A DNA stretch of 64,000 nt from Tolypothrix carrinoi HA7290-LM1 (GCA_019358935.1 JAHHIK010000011.1:40469-104468), one strand, 5' to 3'. Counted from the first letter of the stretch, positions 42,304 to 53,571 are shown. Translations and numbers: made by a program. Notes: generated by a model from the sequence alone, not told the origin.

Positions 42304-42504
42304 ATGAGTCAATCTTCTAATAAATTAAATCGTCGATTAACCCAAACTTGCGGCTTCCTTTTTGGAATTGCGATCGCCGTTTGGGTACTCAGAGGTTTTG
42401 GAATTCTCGGTTTTATGCCGGGAGGTGTAATTTGGCTGTTGTTTTTGGCGGCGACGATGACAGCGATTCTCAGTTACATGCAAAAAACTTGGTGGCGGTT
42501 TTAA
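42304..42504 (+). CDS. Small membrane hypothetical protein
   Basis: Two TM segments; VWVLRGFGIL.F.PGG. Confidence 0.65.
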   Translation: MSQSSNKLNRRLTQTCGFLFGIAIAVWVLRGFGILGFMPGGVIWLLFLAATMTAILSYMQKTWWRF

Positions 42505-42569
42505 AAGCGCAAAAACGCCCGTCCCCCCCGCAGGCTTTGTTTGTATAGCTTCACCCTTCTAGGGTGTAA

Positions 42570-42671
42570 TATCATGTCCGGTTAATTAACAGTAATAAAA
42601 ACATCCTAACCCTCGTAGAGACGTTCCGGACCGAACGTCTCTACAATATATGTAATTTGCCGGACATAATA
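42570..42671. mobile_element. MITE-like element enclosing a REP palindrome
   Basis: Ends TATCATGTCCGG / CCGGACATAATA; REP at 42615-42644. Confidence 0.6.
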
Positions 42672-42714
42672 TAAAATATCAGGGAATGCAGATGATTAAA
42701 CAGGGGAGGCAAAC

Positions 42715-42876
42715 ATGGAACAGTATGTATGTAGCGTCTGCGCCTATGAATACGATCCCGAAGTAGGCGATCCAGATAGCGGAATTGAAGCAGGGACAGC
42801 TTTTGAAGATATACCAGATGATTGGGTGTGTCCGGTTTGCGGTGCAGGCAAAGAGGAATTTGAACCCGCAGAATAA
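42715..42876 (+). CDS. Rubredoxin (53 aa; below the ORF-track cutoff)
   Basis: [57 protein letters not shown]. Confidence 0.95.
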   Translation: MEQYVCSVCAYEYDPEVGDPDSGIEAGTAFEDIPDDWVCPVCGAGKEEFEPAE

Positions 42877-42935
42877 TAAAAAAATAGCTAGTCTAGAATT
42901 AAGACGCTGTTATTTTATTAGGGAATTTAAGTCTG

Positions 42936-44159
42936 TTGCAATTGAAAGTTGTTGTAATTGGAGGTGGGGCAGCCGGATTTTTTAGCGCGATCGCTACCAA
43001 GAAAGCGAATCCGCACGCCCATGTTACTTTAATTGAAGCCAGCCAAATCGTGTTGGCGAAAGTTCGCGTTTCTGGTGGGGGACGCTGTAATGTCACTCAC
43101 GCTTGTTTTGACCCAGCCATTTTAGTGCAAAATTATCCCAGAGGTGGAAAAGCCCTCCGGGGTGCTTTTTCTCGCTTTCAAACCAAAGATACGATAACTT
43201 GGTTTGCGATGCATAAAGTACCGCTGAAAACTGAAGCTGATGGACGAATGTTTCCGATTACGAATACTTCGGAAACGGTTGTCAACTGTTTGCTGAATAC
43301 TGCTTTTGAAGCTGGGGTAGAAATTCGCACTTCTGCACCTGTTGTTGGTGTAAAACGACAAAATGAAGGCTTTGAAATTATTTTCAAGTCGGGAGAAACT
43401 ATAAAGTGTGATCGCTTGCTCTTAGCAACGGGAAGCAACCCTGTAGGCTATAGAATAGCTAAAGAACTCGGTCATCAAATTGAGGCACCTGTTCCTTCTT
43501 TATTTACTTTCAATATTGGTGATGAAAAATTGCGCTCATTAGCTGGTGTTAGTGTAGAATCGGCACGTTTGCGCTTATTGTGCGGTGGAAAATCTCAATT
43601 AGAACAAACAGGACCTTTGCTAATTACTCATTGGGGTTTGAGTGGACCGGCGGTGTTGAAACTTTCGGCTTGGGGTGCGAGAGTACTGCGCGAAAGTCAC
43701 TATCAAGCGACTTTGATGATAAATTGGTTGCCTGATTTGCAGCAAGATGAAGTGCGGCAAAAAATCTTAGCAGTTAAAAATGAATGGGGCAAGAAGGCGA
43801 TCGCTTTACATCGCGGTGTTGATTTACCGCATCGTTTGTGGCAATACATCATTGCCCGTTCAGATATTACTACAGAAGAACGTTGGGCAGAAATATCTAA
43901 CAAAAAATTAAATAAACTTATTCAAGAACTGACTCAGGGAGAATATTTAATCAACGGTAAAGGTGTTTTCAAAGAAGAATTTGTTACTTGTGGTGGTGTC
44001 AACTTAAAAGAAGTCAACTTTAAGACAATGGAAAGCCGCATAATTCCCGGACTTTATTTTGCTGGAGAAATCCTCGATATTGATGGAGTTACCGGCGGTT
44101 TTAACTTCCAAAGTGCTTGGACTACAGGACATTTAGCCGGTTTAGCAATGGCAAGATAA
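42936..44159 (+). CDS. HI0933/BaiN-family flavoprotein
   Basis: GGGAAG, SGGGRCNVT, THWGLSGP, VTCGGV, GEILDIDGVTGGFNFQ. Confidence 0.92.
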   Translation: MQLKVVVIGGGAAGFFSAIATKKANPHAHVTLIEASQIVLAKVRVSGGGRCNVTHACFDPAILVQNYPRGGKALRGAFSRFQTKDTITWFAMHKVPLKTEADGRMFPITNTSETVVNCLLNTAFEAGVEIRTSAPVVGVKRQNEGFEIIFKSGETIKCDRLLLATGSNPVGYRIAKELGHQIEAPVPSLFTFNIGDEKLRSLAGVSVESARLRLLCGGKSQLEQTGPLLITHWGLSGPAVLKLSAWGARVLRESHYQATLMINWLPDLQQDEVRQKILAVKNEWGKKAIALHRGVDLPHRLWQYIIARSDITTEERWAEISNKKLNKLIQELTQGEYLINGKGVFKEEFVTCGGVNLKEVNFKTMESRIIPGLYFAGEILDIDGVTGGFNFQSAWTTGHLAGLAMAR

Positions 44160-44203
44160 TATTAACAAAAGACTCGCATTTTAAATCGGTAAAAACTGTA
44201 GTT

Positions 44204-44275
44204 TAGAGACGTTCCACAACCGTCGTAGAGACGTTCCACAACCGTCGTAGAGACGTTCCGGTGGAACGTCTCTAC
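44204..44275. repeat. 22-bp tandem amplification of a REP half plus one full REP
   Basis: TAGAGACGTTCCACAACCGTCG twice, then TAGAGACGTTCCGGTGGAACGTCTCTAC. Confidence 0.85.
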
Positions 44276-44520
44276 ATCATATGTAATAAACCTATGAACA
44301 GGGTGTGGGGGGTAGGGTGTAGGGTGTGGGGAACCCCATAATTAAAATCAGGGGTTTCAAGCATGGACGCTGTATTTCTCGTACTACGTATCTCGAAATA
44401 CATATTTTCTTTAATTCCATGTATAAATACAGGGGCTTGTATCATGAGTCTTTGGGGCTAGATTTAACCTGCAACCCCTACACCCCACACCCTTACACCC
44501 CGCCCCAAAGGGGCTTGGTC

Positions 44521-44790
44521 ATGATATTAGTTGTTGATGATGGTTCACTAGACTGAATTGCGATCAAAGATAAACGTGTCACTTTATTGCAACAATCTAA
44601 TGCTGGAGTTGCAGCTGCTGTGTAAGTGTGCGATGACGATCGCACACTCACAATAAGTGAATATATTGCCCCAATTGATGCTGATGACATTTGGTATCCG
44701 CAAAATCTAGAAAAACAAGTGCAATGTATGCTATCGTCCGAACAATCACAAGGATTGACCTATGCACTTGTCAGCACACATTGATAAGGA
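44521..44790 (+). pseudogene. Degraded GT2 glycosyltransferase fragment
   Basis: ILVVDDGS, QQSNAGVAAA, EYIAPIDADDIWYPQNLEKQV with internal stops and frameshifts. Confidence 0.75.
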
Positions 44791-44924
44791 AGGATTACTA
44801 ACTGGCAGATATGATTATTAAAGATTAACTCAAATTGCTAAAAATTATTATCAAACATATTAAAACTAGACAAGCTTTTTTGGTAATTAAGTGCTATTAT
44901 ATACCTAACATTTAATATAAACTA

Positions 44925-46715
44925 ATGAAAAGTACGGGAATAATTAAAAAACTATTTCCACTGCTAAACCTGTATCCGTGGGCAATTCCAGTAATTATCA
45001 TCTTAGGAATTTTAACTTCTTTATCTGAAGGTTTGGGAATTAGTTTATTTATTCCATTTCTTCAAAGTTTAGAACCCGGAAACTCTCAATCGGCAAGTGG
45101 AACATTTTTAGGAACTATTTTAAATCGATTATTTAGTGATATTCCCCCAAGTAACCGACTGCTAATTATTCCTTTATCTATTTTCGGGTGCGTTCTTCTA
45201 AAAAATTTACTTGCTTATAGCAGTTCGCTTCTTTCGGTTTGGCTTTATTGGCGTATTGGTTCTCAATTAGTATCTAAACTTTTTCAGCAGATATTAAGCG
45301 TCAGCTATAGTTTTTTAGACTCTAAGCAATCAGGTAAATTAGTCAATACACTGCATACGGAAAGTTGGCGTGCATGTGATGCGATATTAATTTTAATTAA
45401 TATAATCATCAATTTATCTACAGTTCTTGTTTTTGTTGTCTTCTTAATGCTAACTTCTTGGCAACTGACTTTTTTAGTAGCTGTTGCTTTGTTAGGAATT
45501 TCACTAATAATTCAGCAAGTAACACGTAAAACAAAGAAGCTAGGAAGACAAGCAGTACAGGCAAACGATCACCTTGCTAATCGGATGATCGAAGGGTTTT
45601 ATGGAATGCGGGTAATTAGAGCTTTTGGTCAAGAAGCTTACGAATATAAGCGTTTTGAGAAGCTAACAAACGAGGTAAGTCTTGCCGCATTCAAACTGGC
45701 GAAACTCTACACCATCTCTGGACCACTTTCGGAAGTTTTATCGGTGGCTTTGTTGGTGTGTATTATGATTATCGCTTTGCAAAATAAAGCGAATCTACCG
45801 ACTTTGCTAACCTTTATCTTTATGCTTTATCGCTTACAGCCATCGGTGAGGAAATTAGATAGCGATCGCGTAAATTTAATTGGCTTATTAGCATCAGTTG
45901 AAGATGTCGTATCTCTGTTAGAAATTCCCGAACAGCAATTTATTCGTACAGGAAATGTTTATTGTCATGGTTTAAAGCGATCGCTCACATTTAAATCTGT
46001 TGGTTTCCGCTACAATCCCACAGACAAACCTGCACTAAACGGCGTTTCTTTTTCTATTAACAAAGGAAAAACTACAGCGATAGTTGGACCTTCAGGTGCG
46101 GGTAAATCGACGCTGATTGGTTTAATTTGCCGTTTTTATGACGTTACACAAGGAGAAATTTACGTTGACGATCATCCTCTACGAGAATTAGATTTAGCCT
46201 CTTGGCGAAATCACATTGCGATTGTCAGCCAAGACATTTATATTTTTAATACCACAGTGCGGGACAACATAGCTTACGGTCGTTTAGATGCTACAGAAGC
46301 GGAAATTATCAACGCGGCTAAACAAGCAAACGCTCATGAGTTTATCAATAAATTACCCGAAGGCTATGATACCATATTGGGCGATCGCGGCGTTCGTCTT
46401 TCCGGCGGACAAAGACAGCGCATAGCTTTAGCGCGTGCTATTATCCGCGATCCGCAAATATTTATTCTCGACGAAGCAACTAACGCACTCGATAGCGTTT
46501 CTGAAAACATAATTCAAGAGGCAATTAATACATTTGGTCAAAATCGCACAGTAATTATTATCGCCCATCGTTTATCCACAATTGAACAAGCAGATAAAAT
46601 CCTTGTATTACAAGAAGGACGAGTTGTAGAACAAGGAAATTTTCCGCAATTGTTACAAATGAACGGGTTATTTTCCCAGCTTTATCACTTACAATACGGT
46701 GGAGTTGAAAACTGA
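44925..46715 (+). CDS. ABC transporter, fused permease/ATPase (HepA/MsbA-like)
   Basis: TM domain; GPSGAGKST, LSGGQRQR, ILDEAT, IAHRLST. Confidence 0.93.
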   Translation: MKSTGIIKKLFPLLNLYPWAIPVIIILGILTSLSEGLGISLFIPFLQSLEPGNSQSASGTFLGTILNRLFSDIPPSNRLLIIPLSIFGCVLLKNLLAYSSSLLSVWLYWRIGSQLVSKLFQQILSVSYSFLDSKQSGKLVNTLHTESWRACDAILILINIIINLSTVLVFVVFLMLTSWQLTFLVAVALLGISLIIQQVTRKTKKLGRQAVQANDHLANRMIEGFYGMRVIRAFGQEAYEYKRFEKLTNEVSLAAFKLAKLYTISGPLSEVLSVALLVCIMIIALQNKANLPTLLTFIFMLYRLQPSVRKLDSDRVNLIGLLASVEDVVSLLEIPEQQFIRTGNVYCHGLKRSLTFKSVGFRYNPTDKPALNGVSFSINKGKTTAIVGPSGAGKSTLIGLICRFYDVTQGEIYVDDHPLRELDLASWRNHIAIVSQDIYIFNTTVRDNIAYGRLDATEAEIINAAKQANAHEFINKLPEGYDTILGDRGVRLSGGQRQRIALARAIIRDPQIFILDEATNALDSVSENIIQEAINTFGQNRTVIIIAHRLSTIEQADKILVLQEGRVVEQGNFPQLLQMNGLFSQLYHLQYGGVEN

Positions 46716-46770
46716 CATTTTCAGTTTTATTTACTCTTAAAGAAAGAATAAATAACTCTTAACTAAATAG

Positions 46771-47529
46771 ATGAAAGACACTCTAAAATCAATTGCCAAA
46801 CGCACATTACCTGCTTATCTTCACCGTTGGATAGGAATACAATTAAAGGGTGACAGATATATCCCACCGGTGGGTGCAGTAGACTTTGGTAGTCTGCGAA
46901 GAGTAACGCCAATCAGCCGACAATTTGGCTATGACCGAGGTTTACCGGTTGACCGTTACTATATAGAAAAGTTTCTCGCCAAAAATGCGGCTGATGTCAA
47001 AGGACGTGTATTAGAAATTGGTGACAATTCATACACGCGCCAATTTGGAGGTAATAACGTCACTCAAAGCGATGTGCTTCATATAGTTGAAGGTAATCCA
47101 CAAGCAACCATCGTTGGCGATTTAACCAACGCCGAACACATACCTTCAGATATCTTTGACTGCTTTATTCTGACGCAAACATTGCAATGTATTTACGATA
47201 CGCGGGCAGCACTCAAGACAATATACCGTATTCTCAAACCAGGTGGAGTTGTACTAGCTACATTTTCGGGTATTAGTTTGACACCTGCCGATGAATGGGG
47301 AGATTACTGGTGTTGGAATTTTACCAGCCAATCAGGAAAACGGCTGTTTGCAGAGTTCTTCTCAGAAGCAAATATTCAGCTAGAGAGTTACGGAAATGTG
47401 TTAGCAGCGATCGCCTTTTTGCAAGGTTTAGCCACCGAAGAACTGCATTCATCAGAATTAGATCACCGCGATCGTCCATATGAACTACTAATAACTGTCC
47501 GCGCTGTCAAACCAAAGGAAATATTATGA
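46771..47529 (+). CDS. SAM-dependent methyltransferase (polysaccharide-locus type)
   Basis: RVLEIGD, FDCFILTQTL, RILKPGGV. Confidence 0.85.
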   Translation: MKDTLKSIAKRTLPAYLHRWIGIQLKGDRYIPPVGAVDFGSLRRVTPISRQFGYDRGLPVDRYYIEKFLAKNAADVKGRVLEIGDNSYTRQFGGNNVTQSDVLHIVEGNPQATIVGDLTNAEHIPSDIFDCFILTQTLQCIYDTRAALKTIYRILKPGGVVLATFSGISLTPADEWGDYWCWNFTSQSGKRLFAEFFSEANIQLESYGNVLAAIAFLQGLATEELHSSELDHRDRPYELLITVRAVKPKEIL

Positions 47530-48542
47530 GGATACCTGGAAGCGGCAAATTAAAGCGAATAGCAAGACGAGTGCGAAACCGCATCGCACCAGGAGGATTG
47601 ATTCTCATGTACCATCGCGTAACTGAAATTGAATCCGATCCTTGGAAATTGTGCGTTAGTCCAGCTTATTTTGCCGAACATTTGCAAGTATTACAAAAAC
47701 TCGGTTGTGCCGTGCGCTTACAACAATTAAACCAAACTTTGAAAAATGGTAAGCGTCCCCATCGTCAAGTAGTCATCACCTTTGATGATGGTTACACCGA
47801 TAATTTGTATAACGCAAAACCTTTATTAGAACAGTATGAAATTCCCGCTACCATCTTTTTGACAACAGGATACATGCAACAAAAGCGTGAATTTTGGTCG
47901 GATGAACTGGAGAGGATATTGCTACAACCAGGGATTTTACCAGAAGTTTTGTCTTTAAATATTAACGGCACTAGCTACGAATGGAAGTTAGACGCAACAG
48001 CTAATGATAGCGATAAATCAAACAACTTGGATCTTAAACATGCGAACGAACGTTATTCTCTTTACTACTCGCTTTATGAATTACTTTACCCCTTATCCGC
48101 AATAGAGCGATCGCATCTTTTAGATCAACTACTTTTATGGGCAAACAAAAAGCCAGAATTACGTTTAACTCACCGGATGATGACAATGAAGGAATTATCT
48201 AGTTTACAACCAGGAAACATCATCGAAATTGGCGGTCATACAGTCACACATCCATTTCTTGCCACAATTTCCCCAGAACAACAGCTTCATGAAATTCAAG
48301 AAAATAAAATCCAACTAGAAGAGATTTTCGGACATCCAATCGAAAGTTTTGCCTATCCCCACGGAAATTATAACAGCGAAACTAGCGAAATAGTCCGCCA
48401 AGCCGGATTTACCTGCGCTTGTACTACCAATGCAAACATTGTCGGCAAAAATAGCGATCGCTTTCAACTACCTCGCTTTGCTGTCGAAAATTGGAATGGA
48501 GAAGAATTTGCCAAACAATTATCAAAATGGTTCCTTAACTAA
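47526..48542 (+). CDS. Polysaccharide deacetylase (CE4)
   Basis: LMYHRV, TFDDGY, GGHTVTHP, FAYPHG. Confidence 0.92.
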   Translation: MRIPGSGKLKRIARRVRNRIAPGGLILMYHRVTEIESDPWKLCVSPAYFAEHLQVLQKLGCAVRLQQLNQTLKNGKRPHRQVVITFDDGYTDNLYNAKPLLEQYEIPATIFLTTGYMQQKREFWSDELERILLQPGILPEVLSLNINGTSYEWKLDATANDSDKSNNLDLKHANERYSLYYSLYELLYPLSAIERSHLLDQLLLWANKKPELRLTHRMMTMKELSSLQPGNIIEIGGHTVTHPFLATISPEQQLHEIQENKIQLEEIFGHPIESFAYPHGNYNSETSEIVRQAGFTCACTTNANIVGKNSDRFQLPRFAVENWNGEEFAKQLSKWFLN

Positions 48543-48692
48543 GAATAAAGGATGGGAAAAAGACCTTTAAACAAGAAATATTTTGAGCAACTAAATACAA
48601 ACACTCTGCGTTACTCTGCGCTAACCTCAGCGTTCCTTTGCGTTTAAACTCTTTATTCCCCCTTCTTCCTAAATATTATTCAAAAAAACGCC

Positions 48693-49613
48693 ATGAGTAG
48701 CAAACCATTAATTTCTGCTATAATTATTTTCTTAAACGCTGAAAAGTTCATCTCTGAAGCGATCGCCAGCGTATTTGCCCAAACTTATGATAACTGGGAA
48801 CTATTATTAGTAGATGACGGTTCCACCGATAATAGCACTGCGATCGCTCAAAAATATGCAGAGAAATATCCAGAAAAAGTCCGCTATTTAGAACACCCAA
48901 ACCACCAAAATCTGGCACAGAGTGTTTCCCGCAACCTGGGTATCAGCAAAGCTAAAGGAGAGTATATCGCCTTTTTAGACGCTGATGATATCTGGCTTGC
49001 GCCAAAACTAGAAAAGCAGCTAGCAATTTTGCAATCATACCCCGAAGCAGGGATGGTTTACGGAGCAACGCAGATGTGGTTTAGCTGGACTGGTAAGCCA
49101 GAAGATATGACACGCGATCGCTACCGCAAACTTGGCGTCAAACCCGATACATTGATTCAACCACCAAATCTGCTTCCGCTGTTTTTACGCGCAAAAGCAG
49201 AAACACCCGGTACTTGTGGAGTTCTGATTAAACGCGAAGTCATAGAAGCTGTTGGTGGACATGAAGAAAGCTTTGGCAGCATGTACGAAGACCAAGCTTT
49301 CTTCGCGAAAATTTGCTTGAAATACCCTGTATTTATCGAGAGTGGCTGTTGGGATAAATATCGACAACACCCTGATTCTACTTGTTACGTAGCCGAGCGA
49401 ACAGGAGAATATCATATCACAGACATCACTCCTAGCTACGCGACTTACTTAAATTGGCTGGAGGAATATTTGGTAAAAGAAAAGCTCGTAAATACCGAAG
49501 TCTGGCAAGCTTTACAAAGAGTATTATTTTTCGTGCGCCATCCTTCAATTTATCACTATTATCGACGTCTCCGGCGCGTTATCTGGAAATTCAAGGCACT
49601 ACTCAAGAAGTAA
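48693..49613 (+). CDS. GT2 glycosyltransferase
   Basis: VDDGSTD, RNLG, FLDADD, ED motif. Confidence 0.92.
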   Translation: MSSKPLISAIIIFLNAEKFISEAIASVFAQTYDNWELLLVDDGSTDNSTAIAQKYAEKYPEKVRYLEHPNHQNLAQSVSRNLGISKAKGEYIAFLDADDIWLAPKLEKQLAILQSYPEAGMVYGATQMWFSWTGKPEDMTRDRYRKLGVKPDTLIQPPNLLPLFLRAKAETPGTCGVLIKREVIEAVGGHEESFGSMYEDQAFFAKICLKYPVFIESGCWDKYRQHPDSTCYVAERTGEYHITDITPSYATYLNWLEEYLVKEKLVNTEVWQALQRVLFFVRHPSIYHYYRRLRRVIWKFKALLKK

Positions 49614-49813
49614 TTTGGGGAAGAATGGGAAAAAACAGACGTTGCATAACTTTCAGCAGCGCCGAAAAATTTCAACTAATGCAAAGCTGTACTTATACCA
49701 TTTTACTAAAAGTCTGATATAAATCATTCTCTTTTCCCCTGCAAGAATGCAAGATGTGTCCCCTGCGGTCTATTTGTATCAACCTTAAAGTGAAACGGTA
49801 TTAGCCTCGTATC

Positions 49814-51394
49814 ATGAGAATGCGTATTTCCCAAATTAATAAATCTTATCTGCTGATAGCTATTCTATTAGCTGCTGCAATCCTGCGCTTCGATGGGATA
49901 AACCAACCATTCATTGATCTGACCACTTGGCGAGAGTCGGACACAGCAACGATAGCAGACAACTTTTACCGTGGAAATTGGAATATTTTATATCCAGAAA
50001 TTAGCTGGAATGGTCCGGGACAAAACTACGTTGGGTACGAATTTCAAACGTTGACCTATATTACAGCAATGTTATATCGCCTTTTTGGTCAGCATGACTG
50101 GGTTGGGCGCAGTGTAACAGCGTTGTTTGGCTTATGGAGCATTTTTGCATTCTATCAACTGGTTCGTCGTGTCTGGGATGAAAAACATGCTCTTGCCAGC
50201 GCCACATTCCTGGCAATTTTACCAGGGAGTATCTACATCGATCGCTCTTTTGTTCCAGATCCCGTGATGGTTTCGCTGGTAGTAACCAGCTTCTGGTTGC
50301 TGGTCGCCTACTTACAAACCGAACGCCTATATTATTTATTATTAGCAACCCTGATTGGGATGTTGGGTTTCTTAACTAAAATTACTGGTATTTTCGTCGG
50401 AATTCCGATGCTAATTGCAATTATAACAATCCTGGCTCGCAAGCGAATGCTACGCTCAAAGCAGCTATCCCTCATTTGCGTTGCAACCATTGTAATGTTT
50501 GTACCAGTGATTGCATACTATTTGTGGGCACATTACATTTCTTTCAATTACCCACCTTATCACATTGCCGCTTCCGGAAATTGGCTTTGGAGCCAGGGGT
50601 TAAGCAAATGGTTGCAAGAAAAATATTTCCTTGAAAAACTGTTTTGGATTTTGAGGGACTTCTGGACAAAACCTGCAATCATTCTTGTTTTTGTTGGTTT
50701 GTTGCTTCGTCCGGACCTATACAATCGTGATGACAATAAAGCACCGTGGCTGTTCCATTGGTGGATCGTTGCTATAGTTATTTATTATCTCATTGGAGCC
50801 AAACAGCTTGTTGATAACCCCACAAATTTAAATATTATTAACCCGGCTGCCGCAGCATTAGCAGGACATGCCGTGATTGCGATCGCATTATGGTGCAAAC
50901 GCAGAGTGGGATATCCTGCTACAGTGGCGTTTATGGCAGCAATAATCTTGTTTATCGGTGGATTTGGATATCAGGATTTGAAGGGTATATACTACCAGCC
51001 CACGGCTGAAAAAGACTACAAACTAGGACTTGCACTGCGATCGCTAAGTCAACCAAGCGATTTAGTCGTCACTATAGCCCATAATATTGGCAATCCGGTT
51101 GCTATCTACTACAGCCAACGACGTGGCTGGGTATTTCCACCTGCTTGGAAAGGGGTCGTATGGTGGGCAGATGATGACATGAAAAATAATAGCAAGACAA
51201 TTCGACTATTAGAAGAACTTCGCGCTAAAGGTGCAGACTGGCTTGGCATTGTTAATGACCAAAAAATTCAGCTTTCAAAAGATAATCCTAAATTCTTTAA
51301 GTATATACAGCGAACATTTGAAGTTAATCAAGAAAGCCCAGATTACGTTATTTATCGAATTTCTTTAGATAAGAGACTGCCTTCTAAGACCTGA
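49814..51394 (+). CDS. ArnT/PMT-type membrane glycosyltransferase
   Basis: Multi-TM protein; WRESDT.TIA.NF, SFVPDP, LTK motifs. Confidence 0.8.
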   Translation: MRMRISQINKSYLLIAILLAAAILRFDGINQPFIDLTTWRESDTATIADNFYRGNWNILYPEISWNGPGQNYVGYEFQTLTYITAMLYRLFGQHDWVGRSVTALFGLWSIFAFYQLVRRVWDEKHALASATFLAILPGSIYIDRSFVPDPVMVSLVVTSFWLLVAYLQTERLYYLLLATLIGMLGFLTKITGIFVGIPMLIAIITILARKRMLRSKQLSLICVATIVMFVPVIAYYLWAHYISFNYPPYHIAASGNWLWSQGLSKWLQEKYFLEKLFWILRDFWTKPAIILVFVGLLLRPDLYNRDDNKAPWLFHWWIVAIVIYYLIGAKQLVDNPTNLNIINPAAAALAGHAVIAIALWCKRRVGYPATVAFMAAIILFIGGFGYQDLKGIYYQPTAEKDYKLGLALRSLSQPSDLVVTIAHNIGNPVAIYYSQRRGWVFPPAWKGVVWWADDDMKNNSKTIRLLEELRAKGADWLGIVNDQKIQLSKDNPKFFKYIQRTFEVNQESPDYVIYRISLDKRLPSKT

Positions 51395-51428
51395 GTTGAC
51401 CAAGCCCCGAGTCTCGCGGGGTGTGGGG

Positions 51429-51474
51429 GAGCCACTGCGGTGGACGGGTTTCCACAGCAGTAAGCAAGTGGCGT
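51429..51474 (+). repeat. 46-nt copy of the dispersed structured element, inserted in a GGGGTGT repeat
   Basis: GAGCCACTGCGG...AGCAAGTGGCGT with a covarying stem. Confidence 0.65.
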
Positions 51475-51741
51475 TGTGGGGTTGCAGGTTTCGGGGAAGA
51501 AACAGCCCCAACAACCGCCGATCGCGATACAAGCCCCGTAATTTCTGCGACGATTGCACCATGCAAAGTCCAAGCGAAGTCCAATGCCGTCTTCCCCCTA
51601 CACCCTACCCCCTACCCCCTACACCCTTCTTCGTGACCTAAGTATAGTACGATCGCATGGCAACCTTCATCTACAGAAAACAATCATTACTACGAGAGCG
51701 ATAATTATCTAGCCCTTGTAAATGGCTTCTGAACAAACAAC

Positions 51742-52785
51742 ATGAAATTTAGCGAAATCGTTGAAAAACTCAAAGGCAGTGCCACCGCGAACAGCCTCAC
51801 ACCTAATAAAGACGAAGATATCGAAATTACAGGAGTAGCAGCGGTTGATGAAGCGATCGCAGGTCATCTCAGCTACATAGAGGGACCCAAATTTGCCTCT
51901 TTTGTCGGCAAGACCAATGCTAGTGCTTTAATTTTACCACAAGACGAAACATTACAAAAGCTTGCATCAGAACGCGGTATCGCTTGGATAGCCACGCGAG
52001 ATCCGCGCTTGATGTTTGCTGCATCGATCGCACTTTTTTATCAACCATACCGCCCAACTCCAGAAATACATCCTACCGCCGTAATTCACCCGACAGCAAA
52101 AATTGGCACTGATGTTTACATTGGTCCTCATGCAGTGATTCAGCAAGAAGCAGAAATCGGCAATCAAGTCTGCATTCATCCGAATGCAGTAGTTTATCCA
52201 AATGTGAAAATAGGCGATCGCACAATTTTACACGCTAATTGTACCATCCACGAACGCGCCCACATTGGCGCAGATTGCGTCATTCACAGTGGTGCTGTCA
52301 TCGGTTCTGAAGGCTTTGGCTTTGTTCCCATTGCCACCGGTTGGTTCAAAATGGAACAATCCGGTTATACTGTCTTAGAAGATGGCGTAGAAATTGGCTG
52401 CAACAGCGCCATAGACCGCCCATCCGTCGGTGAAACCCGCATAGGACGCAGTACAAAAATTGACAACTTAGTGCAAATAGGACACGGTTGCCAAATAGGT
52501 GCATACTGTGCTATAGCCGGACAATCTGGCATGGCAGGAGGCGTAAAAATTGGCAATCGGGTTATATTGGCTGGACAATCAGGAATAGCCAATCAAGCGA
52601 AAATGGGTGATGGTGCGATCGCTACAGCGCAAGCGGGAATTCTTAGCGATGTTCCCCCAGGAGAAATTGTTTCTGGAACACCTGCAATGCCTCACAAAAT
52701 CTTTTTGAGAGTAGCAGCGATTTATAGCCGCTTACCACAAATGTATCAAACATTGAAACAATTGCAGCGTTTAGGGGAAAAGTAA
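51742..52785 (+). CDS. lpxD: UDP-3-O-acylglucosamine N-acyltransferase
   Basis: Hexapeptide repeats, GSEGFGF, KIDNLVQIGH. Confidence 0.95.
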   Translation: MKFSEIVEKLKGSATANSLTPNKDEDIEITGVAAVDEAIAGHLSYIEGPKFASFVGKTNASALILPQDETLQKLASERGIAWIATRDPRLMFAASIALFYQPYRPTPEIHPTAVIHPTAKIGTDVYIGPHAVIQQEAEIGNQVCIHPNAVVYPNVKIGDRTILHANCTIHERAHIGADCVIHSGAVIGSEGFGFVPIATGWFKMEQSGYTVLEDGVEIGCNSAIDRPSVGETRIGRSTKIDNLVQIGHGCQIGAYCAIAGQSGMAGGVKIGNRVILAGQSGIANQAKMGDGAIATAQAGILSDVPPGEIVSGTPAMPHKIFLRVAAIYSRLPQMYQTLKQLQRLGEK

Positions 52786-52820
52786 GTCCTAACTTATTTC
52801 TGGGAAGCACTACAAAAGTG

Positions 52821-52836
52821 GTAGGGTTTCCCTCAC
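52821..52836. promoter_or_regulatory. Possible K-box/Rre1-type site upstream of hspA
   Basis: Reverse strand GTGAGG-GAAA-CCCTAC versus recalled consensus GTTCGG-NNAN-CCNNAC. Confidence 0.35.
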
Positions 52837-52992
52837 TAATCAAACTTTGATTTGATTTTAATATAAACTCAAAGGCGATAAAGAAAGCGCCTAATAAAAA
52901 CAAAATACAAGCTGCGCCTTGTGTTTTTTGCTAAAGCTTGACTGAACTTTTACTTCAATCACAACACTGATTTAATGGAGGTTAATTAAGTT

Positions 52993-53454
52993 ATGGCATT
53001 AATACGTTGGCAACCTTTCCAAGAAATGGAAACTCTGCGGCATCAAATGGATAAAATGTTTGATGAACTAGCAGGATATAACCGAGAAGTGACAAAAACT
53101 TGGTCCCCTGCGGTCGAATTGGAAGATACAAACGACCAGCTAATTTTACGCGCTGAAGTTCCTGGTCTTGAAGGTAAAGACTTAGATATTCAAGTAGCGC
53201 GGGAAGCAGTTTCGATAGCGGGTGAAACTCGCTATGAAAACAAAGCCGAAGAACGCGGTTATTTGCGCTCAGAGTTCCGTTATGGTAAATTCCAACGGAC
53301 AATCCCGCTACCTGCTGCAATTAAAAATGACCAAGTTCAAGCCGAATTCAAAAATGGCATTTTAACATTAACAATGCCTAAAGCCGAAGAAGCCAAAAAC
53401 AAAGTAGTGAAAATTAACTTGGCAGATGACAAAACGGCGCTTCCTAGTTCATAA
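52993..53454 (+). CDS. hspA: Small heat-shock protein Hsp20
   Basis: MALIRWQPF, AEVPG, SEFRYGKFQR, A.FKNGILTLT.PK. Confidence 0.93.
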   Translation: MALIRWQPFQEMETLRHQMDKMFDELAGYNREVTKTWSPAVELEDTNDQLILRAEVPGLEGKDLDIQVAREAVSIAGETRYENKAEERGYLRSEFRYGKFQRTIPLPAAIKNDQVQAEFKNGILTLTMPKAEEAKNKVVKINLADDKTALPSS

Positions 53455-53571
53455 TTAGCTAAAACTGTGGAAGTTTGTTTAATTGCCATAGGTGAATAGT
53501 TTACTCTCACGCGATCGCCCTTTTATAGCAGTGCGATCGCGGTTATTTTTTCAAGTAAAACAATACCGATT

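Noticed and set aside
44204..44275. Regularly spaced repeats resembling a mini CRISPR array
   Set aside because: Period is 22 nt with identical spacers. It is a tandem amplification of a REP half, and there are no cas genes.
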